The translations under genes and the position numbers were made by a program. A stretch of DNA of 54,722 nucleotides, the filler included, from Sphacelaria rigidula (lineage: Eukaryota): assembly GCA_964200075.2 (NCBI GenBank). It is 5 parts of 5 records of this genome, joined end to end, with 100 filler letters (N's around TTAATTAATTAA, not from the genome) between each part and the next. Parts side by side here need not be neighbours in the genome. Positions count along the whole stretch, not along the records: positions 32,896 to 43,759 come from CAXNAA020005773.1; positions 43,860 to 54,722 come from CAXNAA020005774.1; 3 more parts are not named here. One strand, given 5' to 3'. Each line of letters opens with the position of its first letter. Within the stretch, counting starts at the first letter, position 1. Positions 37,930-50,854 of the stretch are shown here, in pieces. The notes beneath the pieces are model-generated. The model was not told the DNA's origin. It made no database searches and saw nothing but the letters and a program-made list of their open reading frames with translations.

Positions 37930-39660
37930 GAGGTGGCTGAGGAGCACGGCGTGGCGGCCGCTAGGCGTTTCGCGGAGGAAGCTGCGAGAGCAGTCGGGGC
38001 ATCCCATTGTCTCCCGACCCACACCAGTCCCCCCCCTCGTCTCCCCAGCGTAAATACAGTAACAGCAGCCAGGGAAAATGCAGCGAGGCATTTTGGATTG
38101 TGTGGGCAGCAACAGGCGAACGTAATTGCAGGGGTCCCTATCCCATTGCGGAAATGACACGCGGGCTGACACAGTCCATCCTGACTTGCCTTTGTGACAC
38201 CTTACCAGGACAAGGTCTTTCCATAGTTGATACCATCTGCGCCGCACGTGCAGAGAATAAATCAGCAAACGCTGACGAGGAACGACGCAGAGCGAGGGAT
38301 AAGGAACAGGCAAACGCCGCGAGGTGTGGATGACTGACCCAAAGCGTGCGGGTGTCGGAAGTGGTACCCTCGGGTCCACCCTTGAACTGCTTTTCACCCG
38401 GGATATACATGCCATCCGCATCCTTGGGTATGCGAAACCTTTCACAGAGGTCTTTGTACAGCCGTGCCGATTCATACCTTCCCCATGTTCTACTTTATCT
38501 CGCCGCTTTGGCAGCTTCACGGGTTTCTTCACCGTAAATACGTCCGGGTTACACATCGGATATATAAGAGAGATCCCCCCACTGACTTTCAACTCCCTGC
38601 CGCGTGCATGTATGTCGGTTGTGCGGACCCCTGCAATCACGTTCGCCTGTTGCTGTCCACACAATCAAGTGTGCCTCGCTGTATTTTCCCTGGCCGCTGC
38701 TACTGTGTTCACGCTGGGGAGACGAGCGGGGGGACTGGTGTGGGTCGGGAGACAGTGGGATGCCCCGACCGCTCTCGCAGCTTCCTCCGCAAAACGCCTA
38801 GCGGCCGCCGCGCCGTGCTTCTCAGCCACCTCTCTATCCACTGACACAAAGCGTGCGGATATCGGAAGTGGTACCCTCCGGTCCACCGTCAGGCAGTTTC
38901 TTCCCCGGGATACACATGCCGTCCGCATCCTTGGGTGTGCGAAACCCTTCACAGAGGTCGTTGTGAAGGTCGTGCCGGTTCATAACTTTCCATGTTCTAT
39001 TTTCTTTCGTCGCCTTGGTAGTTTCACGGGGTTTTTCACCGTACATGTGTCCGGGTTTCACATCGGATATATAGGAGATAATCCGGCCGTACATGTCGAG
39101 GGCCTTCGACTTGCTCAGTTCGGTACCTTGTCACCCGTCGACCAGAAGTATGTAATCTACGGAGTCCGCGACGCTGTCGTGTATGTTTGTCGGGCGGAGG
39201 TCCTCCTCAGCCAGGATTTAATTCATGAGGTCGTCGCCGATCCCCAAGTGACGGATAGTCAATGGTGTCGTCGGTCTTCCACTGCTGGGTGCGCGGTCGG
39301 CGCTGGTGCTCCTACTGCTACTGCGGCAGCGGGGACTGGGACCGCGCTTGCTCGACCTCATTTCAGGGGAGCGGATGCCGGCACCACAATGGCCGTGGCG
39401 ACCCTCGTCGCCGGCGATTTCCAGAGGAGTAACCTTCCCCCCTGCATCGGGGTTAAGCAGCGCAGCCATCCTCACGGCGTTTGCCTGTTCCTCATCCCTC
39501 GCTCTGCGTCGTTGCTCGTCAGCTTTTGCTGATTTCCTCTCTCCACTTGCGGGGCTGATGGTATCAACTGTATTGCCCATGACCTTGTCCTGGTAAGGCG
39601 TCACAAGGGCAAGTCAGGATGAAGGGTATCAGCCCGCGTGTCACTTCCGCAATGGGGATG
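37930..39660. pseudogene. Scrambled, duplicated coding remnants, probably piggyBac-like transposase
   Basis: Blocks A, B and C each occur twice in mixed orientation. LCGQQQANVIAGVRTTDIHARGRE is homologous to GLCEWYMAGVIAGVRAGDIYVHGRE inside the 16703-18228 element, and VKLPKRRD resembles the piggyBac VKLP..RDYW motif. Confidence 0.55.
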
Positions 39661-40062
39661 AATAGCCACATCATATGTCCACTGCGCTCTAAAACGCGCA
39701 GGCAGCACTGAAGCGCAGGCGGAAACCATCGATCTCGAAATGATGGTATCATACACACTGCGCGATGTAGGTGCGGTGTAGGCGAGGCCGCACGTGGGAG
39801 CTGCTCGTTCGAGACAGCGAAAGTCAAGGCGGCATGGGAGAAACATTTCATACGATGCTGCCGCCAATGCTCCTGGTAAACCGTACATAAAGCAGATAGG
39901 GACGCGCCCCAGTAACACTGGCGAAGAGGGGCGTGCGATGGCGGCATCAGAAGCGGGCGTTACCGTGTCAGAATCCAGCCAAATACCCATCAAGATGAGT
40001 CCCTCGGTATCGTCCCCCGGGTGAAGGACAAGGTGTACAAATGCTGTCTCCGTGTTACTCAG

Positions 40063-40430
40063 AAGTTATGATTGACATGTCTGAACTTCTGTCACATCGT
40101 TCCCATACTTTTGACACACGAGATCAGGAACGTGAGGAAGAAAGTCGTCGGGAGTCACAGGCCCCATCACGTGCAGGGCATATGCTCCGTCGCGCACGAC
40201 CCAGACCGACGGTACTGCACTATACTGTACTACTACTAGTACAGTGCAGTACCGTACAGTACAATACAGTGCAGCACATGAACGGCAATCTGTGTGGTCC
40301 GCCAAGGAGCATGGGCCCTGTACGCGGTGGTGCCTGTAATTCCCGACGACTTTCTTCCTCATGTTCCTGAAATCGAGTTGCGAAATTATGGGAGCGGCGT
40401 CGTAGAAATTCAGGCACGTCAATGACAACT
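40063..40430. mobile_element. Diverged hairpin MITE with a GTAC/CAGTA-rich centre
   Basis: AGTTATGATTGACATGTCTGAACTTCT versus reverse complement of right end AGTTGTCATTGACGTGCCTGAATTTCT; arms ~140 bp. Confidence 0.78.
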
Positions 40431-42460
40431 CCTTCGCAGTACCGAAGTCGCCTTGTTATCCTTGGCCCCACAGTACAGGCTGCACAAAGGGATTCATCGT
40501 GATGGGTAGTTTGCTGAGTTCTGACATGGTAACCCCTGCTTTTGCTGCCGCTTCCGTGCATGTGTTAAATTGTTGGTGGGCCGGGCCCGTTCACCACAAC
40601 AGTACATGTAGTGCACGTCTTACCAATTTCCGACCTTTCCCACAGAAGTTGATGATTGGATGCTTCAAGAAGGTCTTTAGACATGAGGAGATTCGTCTAA
40701 ATAAAACGTTCGATTTCAATCATCCAAACCCCATAAGAGCTGACCTGAACAGCATGCTATCTTCAATTCTCACGTGTCACAAAACCCCGCAAGTTTGGCC
40801 GCTGCTGATAGCAGAGAAAAATAAAAATATGGAAAAGTGCCGGTTTGGACCTTTCACGTCGTCGTACGCCCTCAAAGAGAGCTAGGCGGATTTTGATACC
40901 TTGGACTGTCCTGCTGTAGTCGTTTACAGAATGTCAGCACACCACGTCAATTTTCCGTTGACCGTAGTGTTACTCTTTTGCCGAACGTTGCATTCTTCTA
41001 GAAAACTGCTAATTTTCGTCGGAAACCGGTCAAGACCACAAAAATACGCTGTGTTTTGGGGGACTTGACCGATCTCCGAAAAAAATGAGCAGTTGCCGTG
41101 AAAAATGCAACTTTGCACACCCTGGACGCAAAAGACGCAATAGTCGATACTGTACCCGGTACAGTTTTTGACGATGGAATCCATTGTCCAGGGTGTGCAA
41201 CGTTGGGCAAGAAAAACACGGCGGCCACCACGAATATTGAGTGCCAGAATTCTATCTACTGGTACAGCAAGACATTACAAAGTGTCGAAATCCACCTTGC
41301 TCTCTTTTGAGGGCATTGAACGACGTAGAAGGTCGCGAAGGCACTCTTACATATCTTGATTTTTGTCTGCTATAACAAGGGCGTGTCTTCGCACATTTGT
41401 TTTCGATCGAAATAAAAGGGGCGGTGGAATTGAGTTGAGCGAAGTTCACTCATTTTTCTCGAGTTGAGTCCAAGCAAATTTCCAAGCTGTCGATTGAAGA
41501 AAGACAATGAAAATCGTGCAGCGGTACATGATCGCTTGTGTACAGTACAGACAGTCTGTACTGTCTGCACCGTTCGCAAGCTGTGTGTCCAAGTGTGCTT
41601 GTGTGTGCTTCGCACGGTAGGATGTGAAATAGGAGCGAACAACGGGCAGTACAGACAGCGCAGGACCACATGTTCACTCTGCTTACAACGTGACGTTAAA
41701 AGGACTCAGGACAACGTGCAGGTTTGTACTGCCTGCACTGTCCATGAACGTGTACGCAACAAGTCGATTGCCCAACCTAGCACGCTGTGCCGTCGCTGAT
41801 CCCTACCTTGGAAGAAGATCCTGCAGTTTTCGTCTGCAAGAAATAATCAAAGCACAGCAGACTGCAGCAGTCTATCTGTCGCTGTGCTCAAGTCGTGCTC
41901 TATGATGCAGAGTTGTAGTGGTAGCTGAGAATGACTTATAGGGAGCTTGCATGGTTCAGTGAACGGGTGGTATTTCGCGGGGTGGTCTCTAAGAAGGGAG
42001 TTAAGTGCTCCTTCATGCCTTTTGACCGCATGTTTACGATCGAAAAAGCGTAGCTCTTCATGTTTTTCACTTCTCTGTGCACCATAGCTCATAAAAGTGA
42101 AGCCAGAGCTAGGAACATAAATGCGGTGGACCTATCACATCGCACCTAGAAGAATCCACCGCGCTTCGGTCGAAAATAAATGTGCAAAGACACGCCCTAA
42201 GGAGCGGTCTTACAAAAATTGGTCAAATGACGTCCTCCCTCCCTGTGCAGGGGTTGTGCCCGATTCTTTCAACGAACTCATGTAACCATGTCGGATTTGG
42301 TCGGATTTTAAAATTCAAAGTTGCGTGCTTCTCACAAGACGAGGGGCTCCAACGTTATCTCGAAACTCGTTTCCCGGATCTCTCGGTCGTCGGGTGAAAC
42401 GTGTAAGAAAAAAACGCTGCTCTCCACAAAGGATCCCCAATCATTTCTACGCAAGTACCA

Positions 42461-42896
42461 TTACATGATTGTTCTGGCCAAGAATCCTATGGAAAACGTC
42501 ACAGTAAGAGTTGGCGATCTCATCATGTAGGTCGGGTACTTGACAAAATCACGAATGTATTCAACTAATCCGATCCGCGCCCTAACTACAAGAACAGGGA
42601 GAGTCGCAACACCGTGTTTTTTCGTACTGCCCAGTGCCAGACCCAATCTTCGCATGCATCACGTCTGCACTTGCCATCAGACGGTGCACGGCACCCATCT
42701 TGAAGTAAATGCTGTCGCCATGTTTACCCAAAAACGTACGGACGCCACTCACGGTGCGCACAGCTATGTCGCACCGCAGACCGCATGATCTCTCGTCTAC
42801 GGTAAGCACGTCTGGACGGCTTGCAGCGATACACGTAGCGTAATATTGGTTGACATACCAACGGCTGATCTCAACAGAGGGGAGTTTCTGCGGTGT
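42461..42896 (-). CDS. Probable last two exons of an unidentified gene (42859-42896, 42461-42581)
   Basis: TAG acceptors and a GTATGT donor, phase-2 join giving TPQKLPSVEISRW/ARIGLVEYIRDFVKYPTYMMRSPTLTVTFSIGFLARTIM*; the other two frames of the terminal exon are closed. No family recognised. Confidence 0.45.
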
Positions 42897-43759
42897 CTAG
42901 CCCGTCACGAGAATATGAGCAACACTCGGTGCCGTGCCCACCCATCTCACGTGCTGCCGTGCTGTTTTGCGTCTACACTCTGGGCCTATCCATTGTGCTA
43001 CCCGTACAACAGTGGTCTGTACTGTCTCTGTACCGTTCAACACACGACAGCAGTATCATCAACACAGCCGCCGGGTACGAACCCGGTACATTACACGACG
43101 TTCGGCCCACAGGCAGTGCAACTCGGCGCCCGCTAGTTCTTCACAAGTCCTGTACCTGTCGGTGCCTGGTACAGCACTAGTACATGTTGTGATAACTGTG
43201 TATTGTTGTACTTCCTGCAATGGAGTTCTGCACACTCATTAGTACAAGTATACAGCTGCCTATGTGTGGGCATATGCATACGTTGAGCACGTACGTTCAT
43301 TCTGAGCAACGTATACTACGCTGTAATCCTAGCTGCGTGCCGTGCAACGGTGGTGTACCTGCGCGAGCTAACGCAAGCTTGACGTTAGATGGCCATTTGG
43401 TAGATGTCCTCCTCGCCGCAGCATGAGTGGCCGACTTCGCCCTTCCGCGTCATCATCAGCCAGGTCGACTGGTGTCTCAGCTCCCCCGGTCGCGTCCAAA
43501 TCTTCCTAGTAGTCTTGGGTGGCCCTCGTGAACGAGCTGTCACCACCAGCGCTGTCGCGGGCGTCCACGGCATCCGCCATCGCCCCACTTACGATATTTG
43601 TCCTCACGGCTGTGTTCTGTAACCTTGGTCGTTATGGGGCGGGGTGTCTAGTTCCGTTTCCAAGCCCCAAGTTGGAAACTAACACTTTGGGATGGTGTAC
43701 AACTCAGAGATTACTCCAAAATTTTCAAAATAATCCTGAGTCGCCGGCAACGTCTCTCC

Positions 43760-43859
43760 NNNNNNNNNNNNNNNNNNNNNNNNNNNNNNNNNNNNNNNNN
43801 NNNTTAATTAATTAANNNNNNNNNNNNNNNNNNNNNNNNNNNNNNNNNNNNNNNNNNNN
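43760..43859. other. Artificial contig linker
   Basis: Same 100-bp N/TTAATTAATTAA/N structure. Confidence 0.99.
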
Positions 43860-44646
43860 GGGCCCGCTTGCAGGGTCTGCGGGGGGGGGGGGGGGGGGGG
43901 GGTGCTATTGCGTCATCACTCGCAACCACACCAGTTTTAGGACAGGGACAGAATCGAACGCGTTGTGCTCGATTGTGATGATTCTTCCCGTGAATCACGC
44001 CGAGTGGCTTAGTCCAGCGTGTAACGTTTGAAGCAAAGCGACTTTGAAGGCAATGTGGGTATTTCGAAATCTTCGTCAAAAGTTTCGTCCAGATGCTGTG
44101 AACCCCTCCCCCTTCCCCCCCTTTCCACATGCAAGATTATTAGTACGCCTCGGGTCGAGTTTTTTTAGCAGGATGCAACTGACCCTTCATGCGACTCGCC
44201 GAACACATGCACGGCGCTCCGCGCTCGGTGATAGCAAGCCTGGCCTGGCGTAATCCCGGCGTGCTCCGTCCCGGCTTTGAAGGGATGCGAGATCAATGGT
44301 CTTATGACTACGGCATGCAAGATCATGAGTACACACACCCCGCCCAAGAGATTGCGCGTGGTACATCTGACGCGACCAAAGGAAAAGACCAGCGAAAAAG
44401 ATTCTATTGAGGACCGCTTCCTGGGAAACTCAGCAGATGACGTCCGAGGCTGATTAGTCCGTCGTACATAAACTGATGCGTTACATACCCAACTGTGGGC
44501 ACAAATTATTCCCATTTTTACTTCTTTGTTTTTCCTTTTCATTTGGCAGTTGGGTTGCGTCTGTGGGCGGGTTAAGCTGCACCCCCGAACTCCCTGTCAA
44601 ACACTTATAAGCATACCAGCTAAAGCTGTACTATGCCATCGTTTGC

Positions 44647-44647
44647 G

Positions 44648-44681
<34 letters not shown>

Positions 44682-44720
44682 AGTTGTTGTTGTAGTTGTA
44701 GTTGTAGTTGGTGGTGGTGT
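44647..44720. repeat. (GTT)n compound microsatellite
   Basis: Read directly from the sequence. Confidence 0.95.
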
Positions 44721-44787
44721 CGTGTGCATTGGTAACCATTGGAGTGATTGCCCGCGTTGATATCGCCTGATTCACTTCTGTCGACAG

Positions 44788-47700
44788 GCGAACTCTATCG
44801 AGGGCTGCAAGCGTAAGGATGTCTACGTCGTCTACACCAAGTGGCAGAATCTGAAGAAGTTGCCAAGCTATGAAGTTGGTCAGGTGCGCGCTGTTTCTGT
44901 GTAAGAGTCATGCTACGGTGAGGGGGGGAGGAGGGGGGGGGGGTATTCGGGGTCATTTTCTCTGCAAAGTTCCACTTCAAATCGGCGCTGAAATCAGCAA
45001 TGGTTGTTCGAAGGCGCTTGTTACCAATAAATAACGCCCATTCATACTGATTAGCACAATTTTTACCCAAATGCAAGCGCACCGCGAGTGTTTTCAGTCA
45101 TCTGACACACTAGTAAGTCCTGTTTTTCGTGTACCCCCTCCCCCCTCACCATCGTAACATGGCTCTTGACTCGGAGCTGTTGAGCTTTTTTTTTTTTTTG
45201 CTGAGGTACGGTAAAGCCCGAAAATATTTTTCGCTGTGTTGGGATTCTTCTACATTTAGACTTGAGCACAGGGTGCTATATATGCTGCGCATGTCCCTGT
45301 TCACGCGCACGCCTGTGTGTGCAATTTTGTATTTCAAGTTGGTTGCCGGAAACGTTTATCCGTTGTCCCGTCGTTGCACGATTGTGACGTGGCATGGGAC
45401 AGGTTGGGTACAAGGACGAGAGCCGGGTATTCAGGTGTAAGGTGGAAAAATCCAACACCGTGGTGAATGCTCTGAACCGCAGCAAGCGCGAAGAACACCC
45501 CGATCTCGCCGCGTTGCAAGAAGACCGAGCGAAGGAACACAGGAGGTGAAAGGCCACAATCGGGCGGGAAAAGGGGATGTTGTCCTCTACTGATGCTTGC
45601 GAGAATCATCTACCTGTGTGGGGTATTCTCCACATAACCCCCCCCCCCCCCCCCTCCCACCTCCCCCCTTCCCCTTGGAGATTATGGATGATAACGATAC
45701 ATATTTTTATATGGAGTATGACGATGCGTTTGCCTGTGAAGGTGTGGCGATAAATCGTGAATGGAGTTAGGACTTGAAGTTTAGGGGAGGGGTGAAAATT
45801 AGTAATTCTCAGTCATTGTTGGAATAGTTTTATTTTTGTTGCGAAAATAAGGGCGGATACTTTTTTGAAGAGTGCCAGTCGAAATGAATCCATTGTAGTT
45901 ATAAAATCTAGGAGGAAATACGAAATATAATTTATACTTCGACGATGACCTTGAAAATTATTGATTTGCACCTCTTCTCGAAAGTTCGGCTGTCAACTCT
46001 CGGACCTCGAAGGGGATACCCCTGGGTCGCGCTTTTTTGTGTTCTCTTGTCTCATATAGTGCAAACCCAGCCTGTCATCATGCCTTAGCGCCCCAGTTGC
46101 TCGTCTGTGTTCTGAGGCCTGATTGCCCGAAAGAGATGGAAATGAAAAAAGTTCGCTCCGGGTCAAAACCACGTCCGCGCAAGTTTTTGCGCTATTCCAC
46201 GTGCCTGACCTGGGGCGCGCGTACTGTATTATGCTATACCTGGGATGCAACGCTGAGAACGAAATCAGCCCAAGGATTTATGCGTACGTTACGAATCAAT
46301 TACCCTAATGTGGAATTCGCCGTGTTTTTGTGCGCAGTGATTACTTGTATCACATGTAGAATAGTGGGCGGTCCACCTATTCAGGGGTGTTTTGGGGTTT
46401 TCTTCGCGTACTACCCCTCGATAGAAACTCAAAATTGCTAACTTCGGTAGATTTTGGTACAACAAACAGATCATCCTCGAAACACAGTGCCCAAATCAGT
46501 GTTAGTTGGTGTTATCGGGCGATACTGGTAAATACCCCGTTGATCAGGCGGGTGTTATTGACCGTGAAAAAAGTCTTTCGGCTCTATTGAAAGTGCAATG
46601 AGGAGGTAAAATTTCAAAAAACTAAAACTGTACATTTCTTCACAAATTTGATCGGGACAGGCTCAGTCGACCGAAAATACCCAAGAGTAAGAATCTGGGC
46701 TGAAGCGTCGCAGGACTCCCGATGACCGGTCAGCCCGGAAGTCACTCAGTAATGAGCACAGATGATTTATTTTTCTTGGAATGTGGAACGGATACAAATA
46801 TCTTCAGATCCCCAATGTGATGAACAGTGGCAAGCAAAAAGAGCCCAAGAAAACCGCCGACTACGAAAAAACCACAAAATGAGTAGTTAGACCGCTCACT
46901 ACTGTAAACCGGTGACGAAGCCAGTACAGGAGTAGGTCCAACCGTGCAGTGCTCGAGAGGCCCAAAACTCTCATATCTTTACGGCCGATTTCCCGGGACG
47001 CTAGGCAACAGTTCCCAACGACGCAAGAGCTCCACATAACAAAAGTCACCGTTGAGACCTGGGGAGTCAGACGTGCAACTGAACTCCAGTTGTCCAAGAA
47101 CAGAAGAAACTATTCTGCATCCGGTGCAGGTTGACTCCAAGCGCCTAATCCCCCGACTACGGTTAATCCTTGCCTGAGTAATGAGGAACAAAATCATCCT
47201 CTAGCCTTGACGGTTGCTACCGTCCATCGTAGGTCACGCCAGCTCCACATAAACGCAAGTAATTTCCATACGAATCATTACTGCGTTCGACTCTTGCAAC
47301 ACTTGAGGCTGGTACCCGCACCTTGACAGGCCCACGCGAGGGGCAACTCATGAGCTACTGTACCTGAAACGACCAATCCAAGAGGATTCTCAGATCCGTT
47401 GTTCCAAAAACACAAAATACGTTCCAGCGGCGTCCGAGAAGCCGAAGCGCTACCTCTTGTGCTTCTCCGTGTGCTTGGCGTCCAGCGCTGTAGGGGGGCA
47501 AATAGGGAGAGAGGGGCCGAATGAACCACCTCATGATCCGGATCAGTACGCGAATAGAAAGTAAAAGGGCGGCGCCAAGTTGAGAGGGGGTTCAAGTGCG
47601 TCGGCCCCCCCACACTGCCTTGAGCAAAGCTTGCACGGGTAGGACGAATCATCACGGGTTCAAATCACCAAATGCACGATTTCTTCGGCCTGACCGCCCA

Positions 47701-48388
47701 AAAGTGAGGAGCAAGTTGACCGCTGGTCCAAGGGGTATCCACGCAACCTTTGTGCCATTCCACGTGTCTGGCTGGGCTGCGTGTACCTGGGTTGCAACGC
47801 TGAAAACAAAGCCTAGGGATTGATTGATTCGTACGATTCGAATCACACTAAAACCAAGAAGTTTCCAGACGAATCATTGATTTGTCCGACCCTTGAAAGC
47901 TTGCGAAGGCTCGAGGCGTCTACCCCACATGACTACTGTGAAGCAGTCTAGCCGAGCCTCCGAGTAATCGGCACACGAATCCGCTCGCGGAGGAAGTCTT
48001 AGGTCAGCTTTTCCCCCTCCCTCAAGATGAAAAAACAAAGTAATTAGGAGTAATATTTAGGTAGCGCATGAGCTGTTCGACGTGCGGAAGGTTTGTACGG
48101 GTCGTGGCGCATGGCACACATACGAGGCGCCCGTAGACGTAGATTCCGTAATGCCGAAATAGGAAACAGGACACATGGCCAAGCAAGTCAAGGTGAAGGA
48201 TGGATGAAATGGCTATTGTTTGATCACTGAGGAACGCCTCGTTGCATGCTCGCTTGCTTGTCATGCTTTTTTTGTTTGTCGGAATAATTTGCCCTTGCAA
48301 TCGATTGATTTCGATTATTGGCAATAGGGAGCAGAAGGCGTTGAGGAAAAAGCAGGAACAAGAGGAGAAGGCTGCGCGAAAAGCGAAG
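44788..48388 (+). CDS. CCDC25: Coiled-coil domain-containing protein 25 (NFACT-R/DUF814 family), partial (exons 44788-44883, 45403-45545, 48328-48388)
   Basis: Spliced ANSIEGCKRKDVYVVYTKWQNLKKLPSYEVGQ/VGYKDESRVFRCKVEKSNTVVNALNRSKREEHPDLAALQEDRAKEHRR/EQKALRKKQEQEEKAARKAK matches the CCDC25 signature KANSIQGCK..NV.VVYTPWSNLKKT..MDVGQIGFH...PDLAAE. All junctions GT-AG and in phase; first and last exons not found in the contig. Confidence 0.93.
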
Positions 48389-49931
48389 GTGAAGAGAAAT
48401 AGGAAGAGAGGAAGGAAGAAGAATACCTGCTTGTCTTGAGTCGTGCTGGTGCGATCGACGAGCTGTGCGTGCTTTGTGTTTGTTGATGGACACGAGTTGC
48501 CTTCATGCCGAGTCCTCTTCGAAAGTTTGTCTGTCTGTTGCAGGGGGTTGTTCTTTCCGTCACAGAGGGGCTGCATGATATGTCTGCGTGTGGTGGATGT
48601 CAGTTTTGCCATATTAATTTGGGTTTCATCACGTCCACAGTCTCCTCCTCTGTTCTCTCATCCTTTTCCCATTTCCCTCTTGATGCGTTCTTTTCTCCCG
48701 GCGTATGCAAGTAGCAGTTTGGTGCCTCGCTTCCCCAGGGCGCATGAGTGAGAACTTCTATACCCAAAATAGCGAGGTCGAGATAGATGAGCCGAAATCT
48801 GTTCCCATAGCCTTTTGTTTTCCACGATTGGTTTTTCACTGTGGCTTCTGCGCAATACTCGTTCCACCGAAGCCATGTGGCAGAGTCCGGCCATTTCTGG
48901 CCATTTCTGTGAGTCGTTTTATTTTTTCCAATTTTGTTCGTGTTTCTTTTGTTTTCTGCTCTTCTCGTAGTCCACTCTCTTTGCTCTAGCTTTTTTGTTC
49001 TCTCCAGTTTTCCCCCGCTAGTGTTTCGGTGTTGTTTCATCTCCGGTACGTGTACCATGTGACCACGGCTGAATCTCTAGAGGAATCGGTTGAAGTGCGA
49101 CAACAACAACAACAAATCATGGGTAAAATATATACTTCCTCTGCCTCATAAGTCTGTGCCGTCATGTTTGTATGAGCCCTTAACGATGTCCGATTTGATT
49201 TTCGATTTTTTGGTTGCATTCGTTGGCGTTTTTTTTAGCGAAAAACAATACTCCTTCTGCAACGTGGGTGCTTGACCCGTGCAGCCTCGCGACCGAGAAA
49301 AAATGGGTCGGTCAAAATATGGTCATTTTTCGCTTTTTTTCCCAGTAAAGCATAACAGACCCGGGAATCGCGAAAATCGTAAAAAAAATGTGAAAACCGC
49401 AAAACCACCACTGATTTCGATATCTCCGTGACGTTAACCTACGCACGCCCCATCTAACAATTTTTCAGCATGTAATCGCTAGTACTCGACGAAAAAACGT
49501 CCAAAATCGGTCAACAGTGATGTGTAAGTGGACCAAAAAGGGGAAGAATGGGGTACATTTTGACCTGATTTTAGTATTGAAAACAAGTTTTTTTTCTTGT
49601 CTTTTCTCGAGTCAGCTTCGTCTGCGCGTAATCTCTCTAACGAACCCAACTGTAGGATGATCGTCAGCGTTGAAATACCCAAACGATCAAACGAACATAA
49701 CGGCACTGACTTATGAGACAGAGGAAGTATACATACTAGTTAGAAAATATGGTGACAGAAGAGGCGACCTGGTATATATGCCTCCTGATACCTAAGTGGC
49801 CACCGGTGCGGGGCCGCCCATCGCCTTCCCTGGTTTGTAATTCACATATCTTGGCTAAGCATCACGATGACAGAAAACGCGGGTCGATACGCGCCTTTTG
49901 GTACCCCTGTGGTCACCGAGGCTGTGGTGCT

Positions 49932-50854
49932 TATACCCTGGACAATACAACATGTTCCAATATGATACCAATACTTTGTATTGGAGCCAGCTCAAATGTT
50001 GTCTTTTCAATATGTATTATGGTCAAATGTCCTCGGAGACATCGGAGCAACAACATACATTGCTCGTGTCATGGTCATGAAGTAATGTATGACAATATCT
50101 ATTGGACATACCTTTGCTCCAGGAATTAAAAATAAAATATATATTGTGCATGCCGGCTGTGTATGTTATTGAAGTGTCAATATATATTGAGTCAAAGCGA
50201 CGCGTAGCATATTGTTACCATAATATATATTGAACGTAAACCATGCAAAAAGTATTGTTTTTTCGATATATATTGCGCACGCTCATCGCATAGCTATGGT
50301 GCGGCCAATATATATTGAACACATTCGCGGAGGAATATTTTGAGCGTTTTCGGGATGTGGTGATACATATTTCAATGACGCCCGCGAACATAGAGTTGCC
50401 CACCACACTTATATTCGGAACCGATACACTTTGCAATCTTCATGATGAAAATAAAAATATGTTGCTACACCATTATGTATTGTGACCGTCCATTCCCTCG
50501 TGTATTGTCCGCCCAATCTATATTGAACACATTGACGCACGACATATTTGGGCGGCAATATATATTGCCGCTTCGGGTGTTGAGTATATTGAATCATCAA
50601 TATATATTGACCTCGTGTGGCAGCCCATATATTACTCGACAAATATATATTGGTGCCTTCTCGCACCAACATATTACTCGGCCAAAACATATTGAGGTGG
50701 CGCTTGTCGTGATATATTATCCGGTCGGTATATATTGCATATCGCGAGCCTTGACATATTGCTCGCCCAATATATATTGACCACCCGACGCGTCGACATA
50801 TTGAGCGGGCAATATATATATATATAAATTACATACTGTATTGTCCAGGGTGTG
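49932..50854. mobile_element. Non-autonomous TIR element filled with CAATATATATTG-type palindromic motifs
   Basis: Left TATACCCTGGACAATACA, right TGTATTGTCCAGGGTGTG; many ATATTG/CAATAT motifs inside; partial right-end copy at ~52775-52940. Confidence 0.75.

Noticed and set aside
38324..39532. 402-aa plus-strand ORF, the longest in the track
   Set aside because: It reads as the antisense shadow of GC-rich duplicated remnants, crosses rearrangement junctions and has no recognisable domain.
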